From Leptonemataceae bacterium (GTDB lineage Bacteria > Spirochaetota > Leptospiria > Leptospirales > Leptonemataceae): a stretch of 64,000 nt of DNA. Position 1 is the stretch's first letter; every line of letters begins with the position of its first letter. Location: positions 1,824,001 to 1,888,000 of the forward strand of contig OZ245742.1 in the NCBI GenBank assembly GCA_965227295.1, in the 5' to 3' direction. Positions 40,972 to 52,095 of this stretch are shown piece after piece. Position numbers and translations under genes: made by a program. A model generated the notes under the pieces. That model was not told the origin of the DNA and did not search any database. It was given only the letters and a program-made list of their open reading frames with translations.

Positions 40972-41835
40972 ATGACCTCCCCGTTACACATAGGCGTCGC
41001 CGCGTGTTTCTTTCACCCGGATCCGGAGCGGAACATCTTCAAAGGCAAGACCCTGCTCTACGCCGAAGAATCCATGCTGCACTATCTCATGCGGAGCGGG
41101 GCGTTGCCGCTCCTGCTGCCGTCCGCCCACGCCGGTTTCGACGCCGCGGCGGTGATCGACGGAGTGGACGGCCTCTTGCTCCAGGGCGGCTCCGATGTTT
41201 CGCCCTTAAGTTACGGTGAAGAGCCATTAGACGAAGCCTGGGCCGGCGACCGCGTGCGGGACCTCTACGAAATCGAACTGATCCGTGCGGCCCTCGCCGC
41301 CGGCAAACCGGTCTACGGCATCTGCCGCGGGCACCAGATCCTCAACGTCGCCCTCGGCGGATCACTCTATCAGGACATCGGCACGCAGTTGCCGCAGGCG
41401 ATCGTTCACCGCGATCCCGACGTCTACGATCAACTGCGCCACGAAGTGCGCATCGAATCAACGAGCCGGCTCGGCGATCTATACCGAAAGTATTACGGCG
41501 AGGAAATCAGGAGCGGCACGGTGAACTCGGTGCATCACCAGGCGGTGAAGGACCTTGCGCCGGGATTTGCCGTGGAAGCGCGCTCCGCTGAGGACGGCAT
41601 CATCGAAGCGATTCGCCTGGTTGATCCCGCCGCGGCGAATCTTCCGCAAAACACGCCGGATCACGCGGATCCGCCGTATGCGGCGGGCGTGCAGTGGCAT
41701 CCGGAGTTTCAGTATGCCGGGCGGGACGACGCGCTGCTTTCGCCGGAGCCCATGCTCACGGAATTCTTACACGAGGCTTCCCGCCGCAGACTCCAAAAGG
41801 AAAAAAGTCTCGCGGAGGAGAGCCGCTCCCACTAA
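40972..41835 (+). CDS. gamma-glutamyl-GABA hydrolase family (peptidase C26, PuuD-like)
   Basis: GLLLQGGSD, GICRGHQ, VNSVHHQ, VQWHPE. Confidence 0.93.
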   Translation: MTSPLHIGVAACFFHPDPERNIFKGKTLLYAEESMLHYLMRSGALPLLLPSAHAGFDAAAVIDGVDGLLLQGGSDVSPLSYGEEPLDEAWAGDRVRDLYEIELIRAALAAGKPVYGICRGHQILNVALGGSLYQDIGTQLPQAIVHRDPDVYDQLRHEVRIESTSRLGDLYRKYYGEEIRSGTVNSVHHQAVKDLAPGFAVEARSAEDGIIEAIRLVDPAAANLPQNTPDHADPPYAAGVQWHPEFQYAGRDDALLSPEPMLTEFLHEASRRRLQKEKSLAEESRSH

Positions 41836-41849
41836 ACGTTCCTCAGGCT

Positions 41850-43232
41850 ATGCTGAAGGTAATCAACCCCGCGACGGAAGAGCTCATCACCGAACTCGAG
41901 GCCGACGACTCGCGCTCCATCATCGAAAAGTACAACCGCGCCATGTCCGCGCAGTTGGAATGGATGCAAACGAAGCCCGGGGAACGCGCCCGGGCCTTGC
42001 AAAAGTTCCGGGACCTGCTCGTGGAAAAGTCCGGGACCCTCGCGCGCACCCTTACCGAAGAAATGGGCAAACCCATCCGTCAGGCCCGGTCCGAAATCGA
42101 CGCCACGACGGCCCGCGTGGATTTTTTCTTAACCAACTTTCAGCGATTCTTAGCGGACGATCAAGTCCTCTCCCGGGAACAGGCCGCCGACGGTCGCACC
42201 GCCGAGCGCATCTCTTACGAACCCCTGGGCGTCATTGCCAACATCAGCGCGTGGAACTATCCGTACTTCGTGGGCTCCAACGTCTTCGTACCGGCGCTGC
42301 TCACCGGCAACGCCGTGCTCTACAAACCGTCGGAGTTTGCCTCGCTGACCGGTTTGTCCATCGCCGAACTCCTCATGGAAGCCGACGTGCCGGACGAGGT
42401 GTTCATCCCGATCATCGGCGGCGCCTTCGCGGGTCAGGAGTTGCTGAAGTGGCCGGTGCAGGGCGTCTTCTTTACGGGTTCGTTCCGTACGGGCCGCGCC
42501 ATCGCGGATATTCTTTCGCGACGCTTCACGCGATTGCAGCTCGAACTCGGCGGCAAGGATCCCATCTTCATTGCGGACGACGTGGATGTAGCCGCTGCCG
42601 CCGCCGCCGCTGCCGACGGCGCGTTCTACAACACCGGGCAATCCTGCTGCTCCGTGGAACGCATCTACGTCCACGAAAAAATTTACGACGCCTTCGTGGA
42701 GGCTTTCGTCGAGAGCGTAAAAGGTTTCGTCGTCGGCGATCCTTTGAACGAGGACACCTACATCGGTCCGCTGACGCGCAAGGAACAACTGCGCACGCTC
42801 AAACAACAGGTGGAGGACGCCGTGGCCAAAGGCGGCGACCTCAAACTCGGCGGGAACGTCATGAATCGTCCCGGTTATTATTTCGAACCGACGGTCATCG
42901 CCGACGCCACCCACGACATGGAACTCATGACCGAGGAAAGCTTCGGTCCCGTCATCGGCATTCAAAAAGTCTCCAGCGACGTCGAGGCCATGCACTTAAT
43001 GAACGACACCCGCTACGGTCTCACGGCCGGCGTCTTCTCGAACGACGGCGAACGCGCGGAACGCATTCTCGCTAAGATCAACGCGGGTTCAGTTTACTGG
43101 AACTGCTCCGACCGCGTGTCGCCGCGTCTCCCGTGGTCCGGCCGCGGCGATTCCGGCATCGGTGTTACGCTCGGGGAAGACGGGATTCGCACGTTCCTGA
43201 AACCGAAGGCGTGGCATCTGCGGACGCCTTAA
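41850..43232 (+). CDS. aldehyde dehydrogenase
   Basis: INPAT, AWNYP, KPSE, FTGS, LELGGK, GQSCC, EESFGP. ATG 41850. Confidence 0.95.
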   Translation: MLKVINPATEELITELEADDSRSIIEKYNRAMSAQLEWMQTKPGERARALQKFRDLLVEKSGTLARTLTEEMGKPIRQARSEIDATTARVDFFLTNFQRFLADDQVLSREQAADGRTAERISYEPLGVIANISAWNYPYFVGSNVFVPALLTGNAVLYKPSEFASLTGLSIAELLMEADVPDEVFIPIIGGAFAGQELLKWPVQGVFFTGSFRTGRAIADILSRRFTRLQLELGGKDPIFIADDVDVAAAAAAAADGAFYNTGQSCCSVERIYVHEKIYDAFVEAFVESVKGFVVGDPLNEDTYIGPLTRKEQLRTLKQQVEDAVAKGGDLKLGGNVMNRPGYYFEPTVIADATHDMELMTEESFGPVIGIQKVSSDVEAMHLMNDTRYGLTAGVFSNDGERAERILAKINAGSVYWNCSDRVSPRLPWSGRGDSGIGVTLGEDGIRTFLKPKAWHLRTP

Positions 43233-43256
43233 TACAATCATACAAAAGATAAATCT

Positions 43257-43283
43257 ACCACCGAGGCTCTGAGTCACGGAGGG
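43257..43283 (+). repeat. degenerate GxxExxY-type terminal repeat
   Basis: ACCACCGAGGCTCTGAGTCACGGAGGG matches the reverse complement of the 11341 end (ACCACCGAGGCTCCGAGG). Confidence 0.6.
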
Positions 43284-43399
43284 CGTTGGGCGATCCAACT
43301 CCTTAAGTAATGTTACGTGGATGTTAGTATCCTTGCCCTTCCCGACGTAGTGAGAGGCCCGGAGAGATTGGGACCTGCCGGGCGCATGGATGCTTGGTT

Positions 43400-43525
43400 T
43401 TTTGGGCGCCTCGCCGCTGCGCGGCGACCGGGCTGCTACGGGCTCGCGCATTCGCGCTCGTTCCTCCGCGCCTTCGGCGCTCCGGCATTGCGCCTGACGG
43501 CGCAACCCTCCGCATCCCTGGCGCG
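43400..43525 (+). repeat. single REP-like unit related to 37254-37355
   Basis: Shares TTTTGGGCGC, GGCGACCGGGCTGCTACGGGC and CGCATCCCT, with different internal hairpins. Confidence 0.8.
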
Positions 43526-43826
43526 GGAGAGATTTCACTTCACGATAAGATCCTGTCGTTCGAGATGCTCAGAAACAGTCCCTCCTAACAGGTCCGATTC
43601 TATGCTCAAGATTTCGTGAGCCTGTAAGGCTATTCCCCTGGTGTAGGCTTCCGTATGGTGGACTCGGATGGTCTGCGAACCATCGGACTCGGTTTCTACC
43701 CGCTCGAAGACGTTCATCTCGGTCACCTGGTTTGCCTGAATAATCCCAATGATAATGGGCATTTTCTGCTTATCCAGGGCAAGGGGAGCTCCCGAAAGTC
43801 CTCTAGGGCAAAAGAATGATACTTCG

Positions 43827-44519
43827 TCACATGCTTTGCACGATGTTGTGGCGACGGAGTTCCACGCGGAACTCACGCGATGCATACTGCACGCCCTGAT
43901 CCGAATGGAACATCAGCCCCTTGCCCGGCGGCCTCGTCTTCACGGCCATATCCAGCGCCGCCACGGCGAGTTGCGCAGGCATACGATCCTGCACGTCCCA
44001 ACCGATGATGCGACGCGAGAACAGGTCCATCACAACGCATAGATAGACCCAGCCAATGCGCGTTTTCAGGAACGTGATATCCGAAGCCCAGACACGATTA
44101 GGTTGCGCCACGTTGAAGTTACGGCCGAGAAAGAAACTCCTCGCGATGAGCTTCCATGAACTCGAAAACTACAGTTCTCTCGATAGCATGGCCGCGAACT
44201 TTTTTAGGATCGTGTTATCCATCTTCAGTTCGGCGTTCTCTTTACGAAGCTGCTCCAGTTCCTCTTCGACGCTGAGCTTGCTGCGCTTCTCTTTGCCTTT
44301 TTCTTCTTTGGCCTCTCGATCCATATACTCCTTCTTCCACTCACGCAAAGTCCAGTAGCTGATCCCCAGCGACGCCGACACTTCTTTGAGGGTGCGCTCA
44401 CCCTCCACGACGGCCTTCACGGCCTCCTCGCGGAATTCCCGCGGATACCTCTTCTTTTTCACTCTGACCTCCTTATTCAGGACGCCCGATTTAGTGTATC
44501 AGTTTTCGGGGATAAGCCA
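43827..44519 (-). mobile_element. truncated IS3-family element
   Basis: IRL TGGCTTATCCCCGAAAACTGATACAC at 44519. OrfA 44169-44462 (RYPREFREEAV, HTH and leucine zipper). OrfB is internally deleted, keeps WASDITF and HSDQG, and lacks the C-terminal E motif and IRR. Confidence 0.9.
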
Positions 44520-44548
44520 CTCCGGCCCTCGGAGTCAATCTTCCCCCC

Positions 44549-47083
44549 TCACTCAAACCCCATCACGAACTTCTCGCACTCCTCCGCCACCATCGGTTTC
44601 GCAAAAAGATAGCCCTGATAGTACCGGCAACCCAACGAACGAAAGAACTCCAACTGTTCGTCGGTCTCCACACCCTCGACGATCACATCGAAGCCCAGGT
44701 TTTCGGCGAAGGCCACCAGGCCGCGGACGATGCGTTCGTCCTCATTGATGTTCTCCACGAACGAACGATCGATCTTAATGGTATCGATGGGAAAACGGCG
44801 CACGTAGGTCAACGCGGCACCGCCGACGCCGAAGTCGTCGACGTGAAACCGAATGCCCACCGCAGTGAGTTCTCTCATGACCCGTAAGACCGGAGCCGCA
44901 TCGTCATCACCCACGATGCCGCGCTCGACGATCTCCAGCTTGAGCCGCCCGGCATCGAAACCGGTGCGACGAACGATGCGCTGAACCATGGCCGCAAAGT
45001 CCGGGTGCACTAACTGTCGCGGAGTGACATTTACCGAAAGTTCCACCGGTGGATGTGCCGTTTCCCCCGCCGCCTGCAGGCACCGGCAGGCCTCTTCCAA
45101 CACCCACTCGCCGATCTCCAGAATCAGTCCGCGCTCTTCCGCCAGGTCGATGAACTCCCCCGGCGGTATCAGGCCGTGGACGGGATGCATCCAGCGGATG
45201 AGCGCCTCCACTCCGCGCACGGTCCGATCCTCCACGTCGATCTGGGGCTGATAGTACAATACAAAGCGCCCGTCCGGGGATTCCCCGTCTTCATCGCCGC
45301 GACCCATGGCGCGGATCAGGGCTTTCTCCGTTTCGAAGAGGCGCGCCGTGCGGCGGTTCATCTCGGCGTTGAATAACTGTACATGGTTTTTATGCAGCTT
45401 GGCTCGTGCTAAGGCAATCTCCGCATGACTTAGTAATTCTCCGGCACTCCGACCGTCCATGGGATAAAACGCCAGACCGGCACTGAAGGTTACGGGAATC
45501 TCTTCGCCGCCCACTTCAAAGGGCTTGAGACGAAACAAATCCTGTAAACCTTCCGCAAAGAACACGGCCTGGGCCGTGTCGTGGATGCCCGGAAGAAAGA
45601 CGCCGAACTTGTCACCGCTCAGCCGGGAAAGCGTAAATGCCTGGGGCACGAACTGCTGCATACGATCGGCGATGGCCCGGAGCAATTCGTCCCCCGCCGG
45701 GAAACGAAACAGGTCGTTAATCTCGCGAAAGTTATCGATGTCGATATAAAGCGTGGCGATCATGCCGCCGACGTTCGTGGCGGTATCCATGGCCGCGACC
45801 TCGGGGCGCCGGGCCGCGCGAGCCACCGCCTGGTCCAGGCGATCAAGAAACAGCGAGCGATTTGCCAGTCCGGTCAACGAATCGTACAGGCGCGATCGTT
45901 CCCGTTCCTCTTCGACGCGTTTGCGCTCACCGATGTCCGAGAAGACGACCTGGATGGCATCGTGACCGAACCAGTTGACCTTCGCCGCCGCCACCTCCAC
46001 GTCCGCGGTACTACCGTCTATGCGCAGGAACTGCTCTTCTCGCAACGGCAGGATGCGCCCCATCGGATCGTTCAATAAACTGCGCATGCGCACCTGCACC
46101 CGCGCCCGGTAGGCCGGATGCACGTACTCCAGAACCCGGCGATCGGCGTTGAGTTCTTCCACGGTCTTCACGCCGAAAAATTCAAGGCCCCGCGGATTCA
46201 TGTACAGGATGCGCTGACCGTCGTGTACCAGTTGCGGCAACGGCAGGAGTTTCGTAAGATTCAAAAAAATGTCGTCGGAAACCCGCAGAGCTTCGCGGGC
46301 TCGCGTGCGCATCAAATGCGCGTCGTAGAACAACCGGCGCAGCGGTAGTGCGACGGCTTCGATTTCCTCGCGCGAAACGTCTGTCCGCGCGGAGACGAAC
46401 ATCATCAGGCCGATCAACTGTGAGCCGCCCAGTGAACGGCCGAGTTCTTGAAAGAGATCCGTGTCGCGGATCTCCACCGTATGAAAGGCGTTCGCCCGAT
46501 TTATACGGCGCAGCAAGGCGGACAGACGCTCGTAACTTCTACCACATAGAACATAAGCCAGATCCCGAAACACGCGCCGTCCCGAGTCGGCATATCCGCG
46601 CAGATCCAGACTGCGTTCGACGTAGGCGTTCAGTTCGGCCGGATCACGCACCGCCAGGTAGCCGTCGTAATCGGGGGCCGCGGCCAGGCCGGACTTCGTA
46701 ATGCAATCGTAGGCCATGCTGCCGGGCTGAGCGCCGTCGATCTCCGCAAGATGACGCCGACCGGTCATCAGCAGGGCCGCCCGTTCCTGCCAGAACCACT
46801 TCACGGCGACGGCGAGATGGCGGTACTGAGAACGGCGTCCGCGATCGTCCGTGAACGGCCCGTTCGGATTTTCTTCGTAGACGCCGAAGAAGATCGACCG
46901 TAACTTCAGCTCAGGATATTCTTGTATGATGCGCTGGCACTCAAAGTACAGCGACTCATACCTGGGTTCCACGTGAGAGACGCAGGCCCGCCACTGTCGG
47001 CGCATGCGTTGCCAGAACCCCGGCGATTCGCGATGTTCCTCTGCGAAACCGTCCCTGTCGTCGAAGGAGGCCACGCGGTTCAA
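44549..47083 (-). CDS. PAS-GGDEF-EAL protein, likely c-di-GMP phosphodiesterase
   Basis: [10 protein letters not shown], degenerate SGDKF, EALIRW, DDFG, KID, EGVE, QGY. Confidence 0.93.
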   Translation of the reverse strand: MNRVASFDDRDGFAEEHRESPGFWQRMRRQWRACVSHVEPRYESLYFECQRIIQEYPELKLRSIFFGVYEENPNGPFTDDRGRRSQYRHLAVAVKWFWQERAALLMTGRRHLAEIDGAQPGSMAYDCITKSGLAAAPDYDGYLAVRDPAELNAYVERSLDLRGYADSGRRVFRDLAYVLCGRSYERLSALLRRINRANAFHTVEIRDTDLFQELGRSLGGSQLIGLMMFVSARTDVSREEIEAVALPLRRLFYDAHLMRTRAREALRVSDDIFLNLTKLLPLPQLVHDGQRILYMNPRGLEFFGVKTVEELNADRRVLEYVHPAYRARVQVRMRSLLNDPMGRILPLREEQFLRIDGSTADVEVAAAKVNWFGHDAIQVVFSDIGERKRVEEERERSRLYDSLTGLANRSLFLDRLDQAVARAARRPEVAAMDTATNVGGMIATLYIDIDNFREINDLFRFPAGDELLRAIADRMQQFVPQAFTLSRLSGDKFGVFLPGIHDTAQAVFFAEGLQDLFRLKPFEVGGEEIPVTFSAGLAFYPMDGRSAGELLSHAEIALARAKLHKNHVQLFNAEMNRRTARLFETEKALIRAMGRGDEDGESPDGRFVLYYQPQIDVEDRTVRGVEALIRWMHPVHGLIPPGEFIDLAEERGLILEIGEWVLEEACRCLQAAGETAHPPVELSVNVTPRQLVHPDFAAMVQRIVRRTGFDAGRLKLEIVERGIVGDDDAAPVLRVMRELTAVGIRFHVDDFGVGGAALTYVRRFPIDTIKIDRSFVENINEDERIVRGLVAFAENLGFDVIVEGVETDEQLEFFRSLGCRYYQGYLFAKPMVAEECEKFVMGFE

Positions 47084-48480
47084 AACCTCGCGTTCCCTGG
47101 CGTGCGCGGGAACGGAACCACATCGCGAATATTTTCCATGCCGCTGATGAATTGCACCAGGCGTTCCAGGCCGAGACCGAAGCCGGCATGGGGCGCGGAA
47201 CCGTAGCGCCGCAAATCCAGATACCAGGCGTAGGCGTCCAGGTCCAGGCCGTGTTCCTGCATGCGTGCGGAGAGTACGTCGATGCGGGCCTCGCGCTCGC
47301 TGCCGCCGATGATCTCGCCCACACCGGGAACGAGCACGTCCATAGCGCGCACGGTCTTTTCGTCGTCGTTGAGTTTCATGTAGAAGGCCTTGATGTCCTT
47401 GGGATAATCGGTGAGGATCAGCGGCTTACGCAGATGTTCTTCCGTTAAGTAGCGCTCGTGTTCACTTTGCAGATCCACGCCCCAGTTTACCGGAAACTCG
47501 AATTTCTTTTTCTTTGACGAGGCGGCCTGTTCGAGGATCTCGATCGCCTCGGTGTAGGTCATGCGTTCGAAGGGCGCTTCGGCCAGGTTTTCCAGGCGGG
47601 CGATGGTTTCTTTATCGATGCGTTCGTTGAAAAAGTCGAGGTCCGTGCGGCAGTGTTCCAGGACGTAGCGAAAGATGTACTTCAGAAAATCTTCGGCCAA
47701 CTGCGCGTCGTCCTCCAGATCGGCGAAGGCCATCTCCGGTTCGATCATCCAGAACTCGGCCAGGTGCCGGGAGGTGTTTGAGTTTTCCGCGCGAAAAGTG
47801 GGTCCGAAGGTATAGATGCGCCCCAGGGACATGGCGTAGGCCTCGCCTTCGAGTTGTCCGCTTACCGTCAGGTACGTGGGGATGCCGAAGAAGTCCTCGC
47901 TCCATTTCACCGCGCCGCCCTCGCGCGGGACCATGTTCAAATCAAAACCGGTCACCGCGAAAAGATGGCCCGCGCCCTCGGCGTCGTTGCCGGTAATGAT
48001 GGGCGTGTGAATGTAGTGAAAATCGCGTTCCTGGAAAAAGCGATGCACGGCGTGACTCACGGCGCTGCGCAAACGAAAGACGGCGCCGAAGGTATTCGTG
48101 CGCGGACGCAGGTGCGCGATCTCCCGCAAAAATTCAAAGCTGTGCCGCTTTTTTTGAATGGGGAATTCCGGCGGAGCCTCGCCCAGGAGTCGCACTTCGG
48201 TGGCATGCACTTCTACGGACTGGCCTTTGCCCGGCGAAGCCTTTAAGGTTCCCGTAACATACACCGCGGCACCGGTGGCGGCATGAAGCACTTCGCTTTC
48301 GTAGTTCGGCAACTCACCGGGCGCGACAACCTGAATGCTCGTAAAGATGGAGCCGTCGTTCAGTTCCAGGAACGAGAAGCCGCCTTTGGAATCACGGCGA
48401 CTGCGTACCCAGCCGGCCAGTTTCACCGTGCGATCATCTCCCGGTGTGGTCAGCAACTCTCGGATCAGCGTGCGCTCCAT
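47080..48480 (-). CDS. asnS: asparagine--tRNA ligase
   Basis: [55 protein letters not shown]. Confidence 0.97.
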   Translation of the reverse strand: MERTLIRELLTTPGDDRTVKLAGWVRSRRDSKGGFSFLELNDGSIFTSIQVVAPGELPNYESEVLHAATGAAVYVTGTLKASPGKGQSVEVHATEVRLLGEAPPEFPIQKKRHSFEFLREIAHLRPRTNTFGAVFRLRSAVSHAVHRFFQERDFHYIHTPIITGNDAEGAGHLFAVTGFDLNMVPREGGAVKWSEDFFGIPTYLTVSGQLEGEAYAMSLGRIYTFGPTFRAENSNTSRHLAEFWMIEPEMAFADLEDDAQLAEDFLKYIFRYVLEHCRTDLDFFNERIDKETIARLENLAEAPFERMTYTEAIEILEQAASSKKKKFEFPVNWGVDLQSEHERYLTEEHLRKPLILTDYPKDIKAFYMKLNDDEKTVRAMDVLVPGVGEIIGGSEREARIDVLSARMQEHGLDLDAYAWYLDLRRYGSAPHAGFGLGLERLVQFISGMENIRDVVPFPRTPGNARF

Positions 48481-48576
48481 ACATACAGCGAATCATCCAG
48501 CGGAACGAACGTAAAGCGGGATTTCCGCAATAGACACAAGCGTTGACGTACGAATGCAAACGAGATGCAATGCACC

Positions 48577-49176
48577 ATGCTGGAGTTCTGGTACGAATTC
48601 GCGAGCACGTACTCTTATCTGACGGCACCGCGCATTGCGGACGAAGCGCGGCGCGCCGACGTCCCCCTTGTCTGGCGACCGTTCCTTTTGGGGCCGATCT
48701 TTCAGCGCCAGGGCTGGAAGGATTCGCCGTTTAATATTTATCCCGCGAAGGGTCGTTACATGTGGCGGGACCTCGAACGCCGGGCCCGGGCTTACGGCTA
48801 CAACTTTCGCAAACCTTCACAGTTCCCGCGAAACGGCCTGCGCGCGGCGCGCATTGCCGTAACCGGCCAGGACGAGGACTGGATCGGCGAGTTCACGAAA
48901 CGCGTCTACATCGCAAATTTTGAAGAGGACCGCGACATCGCCGGGCGCGACGAACTGGAACGCATTCTGCGCGAGCTGAGCCTCGATGTCGACGCCATCC
49001 TCGGTGCGGCGGCGTCGAACGAAACGAAACAAAAGCTGCGCACCCAGACCGAAGAGGCGCAGGCCCTGGACATCTTCGGCGCGCCGGCGTTCATCGTACG
49101 AAAAGACGGGCAGGAGCCCGAGCTGTTCTGGGGAGACGATCGCCTGGCAGACGCGCTGGAGTGGGCGCGGCGTTAA
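48577..49176 (+). CDS. 2-hydroxychromene-2-carboxylate isomerase / DsbA (kappa-GST) family
   Basis: EFWYEFASTYSYL, WRPFLLG, IFGAP, FWGDDRL. Confidence 0.9.
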   Translation: MLEFWYEFASTYSYLTAPRIADEARRADVPLVWRPFLLGPIFQRQGWKDSPFNIYPAKGRYMWRDLERRARAYGYNFRKPSQFPRNGLRAARIAVTGQDEDWIGEFTKRVYIANFEEDRDIAGRDELERILRELSLDVDAILGAAASNETKQKLRTQTEEAQALDIFGAPAFIVRKDGQEPELFWGDDRLADALEWARR

Positions 49177-49194
49177 CCGAATCGCAAACCGACG

Positions 49195-49848
49195 TTAAGT
49201 TTTGTGGGCGAGGCCGGTGAAGTAAATGCCGGCGTGCTCGACGCAGGCGCGTTCTACGGCCTGGGGATCGTCTTCTTCGCCGTGTAAGATGAACGAGTTG
49301 ATGATGCCCACCATGGATGTGGAATACAGGCGGACGATGTAAGCGAGTTCCTGGGGCGTGGCGCTGACCTGAATTTCTTTTTGCGCGGCGGCGTGTTCCA
49401 GGAGGAGCAGAAGCGGCGTGGCGGCCCGGCTGGTTTCGGTCTCGATGGCCGCCTGGAGTTCCGGATTATCGCTGGAAAAGTCGCCGCGGCGTACGAGGAA
49501 GAGGGCGCGGTAGTGGCGGCCGTGGTTGCGGTAAAAATCGCAGAAGAGGCGCGCGCAGCGAATGAATTCGCGGCGGATTTGTTTCGCAGAGGGCTTAATG
49601 TCCGCGAGCAGATCGGCCAGAATGCGCAGTCCCTCTAACTTAATGTGAGCGTATATTTCCTCTTTGCCGCTGAAGTGTGCATAGATGGCGCTTTTGCCGT
49701 AACCCACGGCCTCGCAAATTTCCCGGATGCTTACGTTCTCGTAACCGCGGCGCAGAAAGAGATCCCGGCTCTTGCGCAAAATCAGTCGCTTGCGTTCTTC
49801 GAGGCGTTTCTTTTTTTGCGTAGTGAGTGCGGCCTGGGAAGTGGACAT
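49195..49848 (-). CDS. TetR/AcrR regulator
   Basis: GYENVSIREICEAVGYGKSAIYAHFSGKEEI. Confidence 0.92.
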   Translation of the reverse strand: MSTSQAALTTQKKKRLEERKRLILRKSRDLFLRRGYENVSIREICEAVGYGKSAIYAHFSGKEEIYAHIKLEGLRILADLLADIKPSAKQIRREFIRCARLFCDFYRNHGRHYRALFLVRRGDFSSDNPELQAAIETETSRAATPLLLLLEHAAAQKEIQVSATPQELAYIVRLYSTSMVGIINSFILHGEEDDPQAVERACVEHAGIYFTGLAHKT

Positions 49849-49897
49849 CGGACTGCTTTGATGAAACCGTCGGCGCCGCCCTTCTGTAAAGTAAGAT

Positions 49898-52012
49898 TTA
49901 CGTTTGTTCGTCGGCGCTCAGTACGAAGGACTCGGCCACTTCGTTGAGTCGGCGTGACTCCAGGTCCAGACGCGAAACCGACTCGGCGATGGTGTCCGCG
50001 TTGCGGGCCGTGCCCTGAGCCACATCGTTGATTTGATCCAGGGTGCGCGCCATCTCGGTGGTCGTCGCGGCTTCTTCGGCGCCGGCCCTGGCGATGCTGC
50101 GGGCCGTGTCGCTTAACTCATGAATGTTAGTGCGAATGCCTTCGCTGGTACGAGCCTGGCCCTGGGTGATCTTGCCCATCTCTTCGCCGAGGGACTGAGC
50201 GAGTTCCGCGGATTTGCGCATCTCTTCGACGGCGGTATCCAGTCCGCGGGTAAGCTTCGCACCCTCGGCCACCCGGGCGCGGTTGACGTCGACCAGGTGA
50301 CGAATCTCTTTGATCGCAGAGCCGGACTGATCGGCGAGTTTGGAAACTTCGTCGGCCACCACGGCAAAGCCGCGGCCGAATTCACCGGCGCGCGCGGCTT
50401 CAATCGAAGCGTTGAGCGCGAGCAGGTTCGTCTTTTCGGCGATGCCGGTAATCACATCGACGATGTGCAGGATGTCGTCGGAACTCGCTTCAATGTTTTG
50501 CATGCCTTCGATGGAGCTCAAGCTCACGTTGCGGGCCTGATCGGCGCGGGTAACGGATTCGCGCGCGGTATCGTTCACCACCGAAGCCTGCATGGTGAGT
50601 CGTTCGATGGAAGCACCGAGTTCTTCTTCCACGGCCTGCGTCGCCGCGCTCACGCGCCGGGACTGATCTTCCACCATGGACTGAATCTCTTTCGTCGTGG
50701 ACGCGACTTCTTCCATGGTGGCCGAGGCTTCCTCCACGGCCGAAGCCTGAGTCTGCGCGCCGTTGGAAAGTTCGTAAGCCGTCTGCGAGAGCGCGTTCAT
50801 TTCATTCGAAACCGAACGTGAGACTTCCCGGATGTGGCGGATCTTTTCCGCCAGGCTGTCCAGAAAGCGATGTACGTTCACGGCGGTCATGCCGGCCTCA
50901 TCGAGGCTCTGTGCGCCTCGCCGCCGCGACACGTCGCCTTCGCCGAGGCGATGCACCATGTCGTAGACGGCCTCGATACTGCGCAGCACCGCGGTGGAGT
51001 ACGTGAACGCCAGTGTGCCCGCGACGATCATCGCCGCGAAGGTGAACACGCCCAGCCAGATGCCGTACACGGGAGCGACGTTGGTAAGATCGTACGATGT
51101 ACTTGCAACGCTGACGAGCAGCCGGCCGTCGGAAGCGGACGTCCAGACCAGCAGCGCGTTCCTGCGGCCGTCATAGACGCTACCGGACTTTCCCGAGAAG
51201 GCCCGGGGCGCCGGGAAGCCGAATACACGCTCAAAATCCTGGACCTGCTTCAGATAGGCTGTGCGGGTGGATTCCGTGCGCGCGGCGGATCCGTTTTCGC
51301 TATGAATTAACATGTTATGATATTCCGTCAAATCAGCGGTAGATTTGCTCACGATGCCGCGCAGGGTCGTGTAGAAGCCCAGGCCGCCCAGCCAGACGGT
51401 ATAGCCCACGGCGAACAGGATGACGGCCAGAGATTGCTTCAAGCGCAGCCCGGCCCGGGTGCGGCGCAGATCCAGATTCCGGCGCACGCACTCGGCGGAC
51501 ACCTGTTCCGTCGCCGGGCCGGCCACCAGGCTTATGGCCCCGTAAATCAGAGCCGGGCAGGCGATGCCGCCGGCAACACCGCCGACCCATACGCTCATCG
51601 CGGACAGCACGCTATAGCCCGCGTAGATCCAGTAGCCGAAGTAGACGGCGGTGACGACGAACCAGATCACGGCGTAGATCGTGGTGGCGAAGGCGGGAAA
51701 GGCGAGCAAGCGTCGCAGCAGGGCGAGCGCGGCGCGATCGTCGTGGGCCGCGCGATTTGCAAACAAACGGTGGATTGCCGTACGCAAGGCCCGGGCACGC
51801 AGGATCAAGGCGAGCAGTCCGGCAATCAAGCCGACTCCCCAGGCTGCGAAGCCGGCTCCGCCGAGAGCGGACCAGTCCGACGGATGACTGTAGGACATGT
51901 AAAAGACGGCGCATATCCACAAAAAATTCCAGATGCTCCAGAGCGCCGTGTAAGTCGGGACGAGATACGGGAAACCGATGCGATCGGATTTTTGCAAAGT
52001 AGCGGCGTTCAT
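49898..52012 (-). CDS. methyl-accepting chemotaxis protein
   Basis: Multi-TM N-terminus, [37 protein letters not shown]. Confidence 0.95.
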   Translation of the reverse strand: MNAATLQKSDRIGFPYLVPTYTALWSIWNFLWICAVFYMSYSHPSDWSALGGAGFAAWGVGLIAGLLALILRARALRTAIHRLFANRAAHDDRAALALLRRLLAFPAFATTIYAVIWFVVTAVYFGYWIYAGYSVLSAMSVWVGGVAGGIACPALIYGAISLVAGPATEQVSAECVRRNLDLRRTRAGLRLKQSLAVILFAVGYTVWLGGLGFYTTLRGIVSKSTADLTEYHNMLIHSENGSAARTESTRTAYLKQVQDFERVFGFPAPRAFSGKSGSVYDGRRNALLVWTSASDGRLLVSVASTSYDLTNVAPVYGIWLGVFTFAAMIVAGTLAFTYSTAVLRSIEAVYDMVHRLGEGDVSRRRGAQSLDEAGMTAVNVHRFLDSLAEKIRHIREVSRSVSNEMNALSQTAYELSNGAQTQASAVEEASATMEEVASTTKEIQSMVEDQSRRVSAATQAVEEELGASIERLTMQASVVNDTARESVTRADQARNVSLSSIEGMQNIEASSDDILHIVDVITGIAEKTNLLALNASIEAARAGEFGRGFAVVADEVSKLADQSGSAIKEIRHLVDVNRARVAEGAKLTRGLDTAVEEMRKSAELAQSLGEEMGKITQGQARTSEGIRTNIHELSDTARSIARAGAEEAATTTEMARTLDQINDVAQGTARNADTIAESVSRLDLESRRLNEVAESFVLSADEQT

Positions 52013-52095
52013 TCAGAGAATGAGAAACGCAAAAGCGTACGCCGTCAACATCCAAATCTTTATCGAATGAAATTCTAATACTCTGATGCAGGAAC

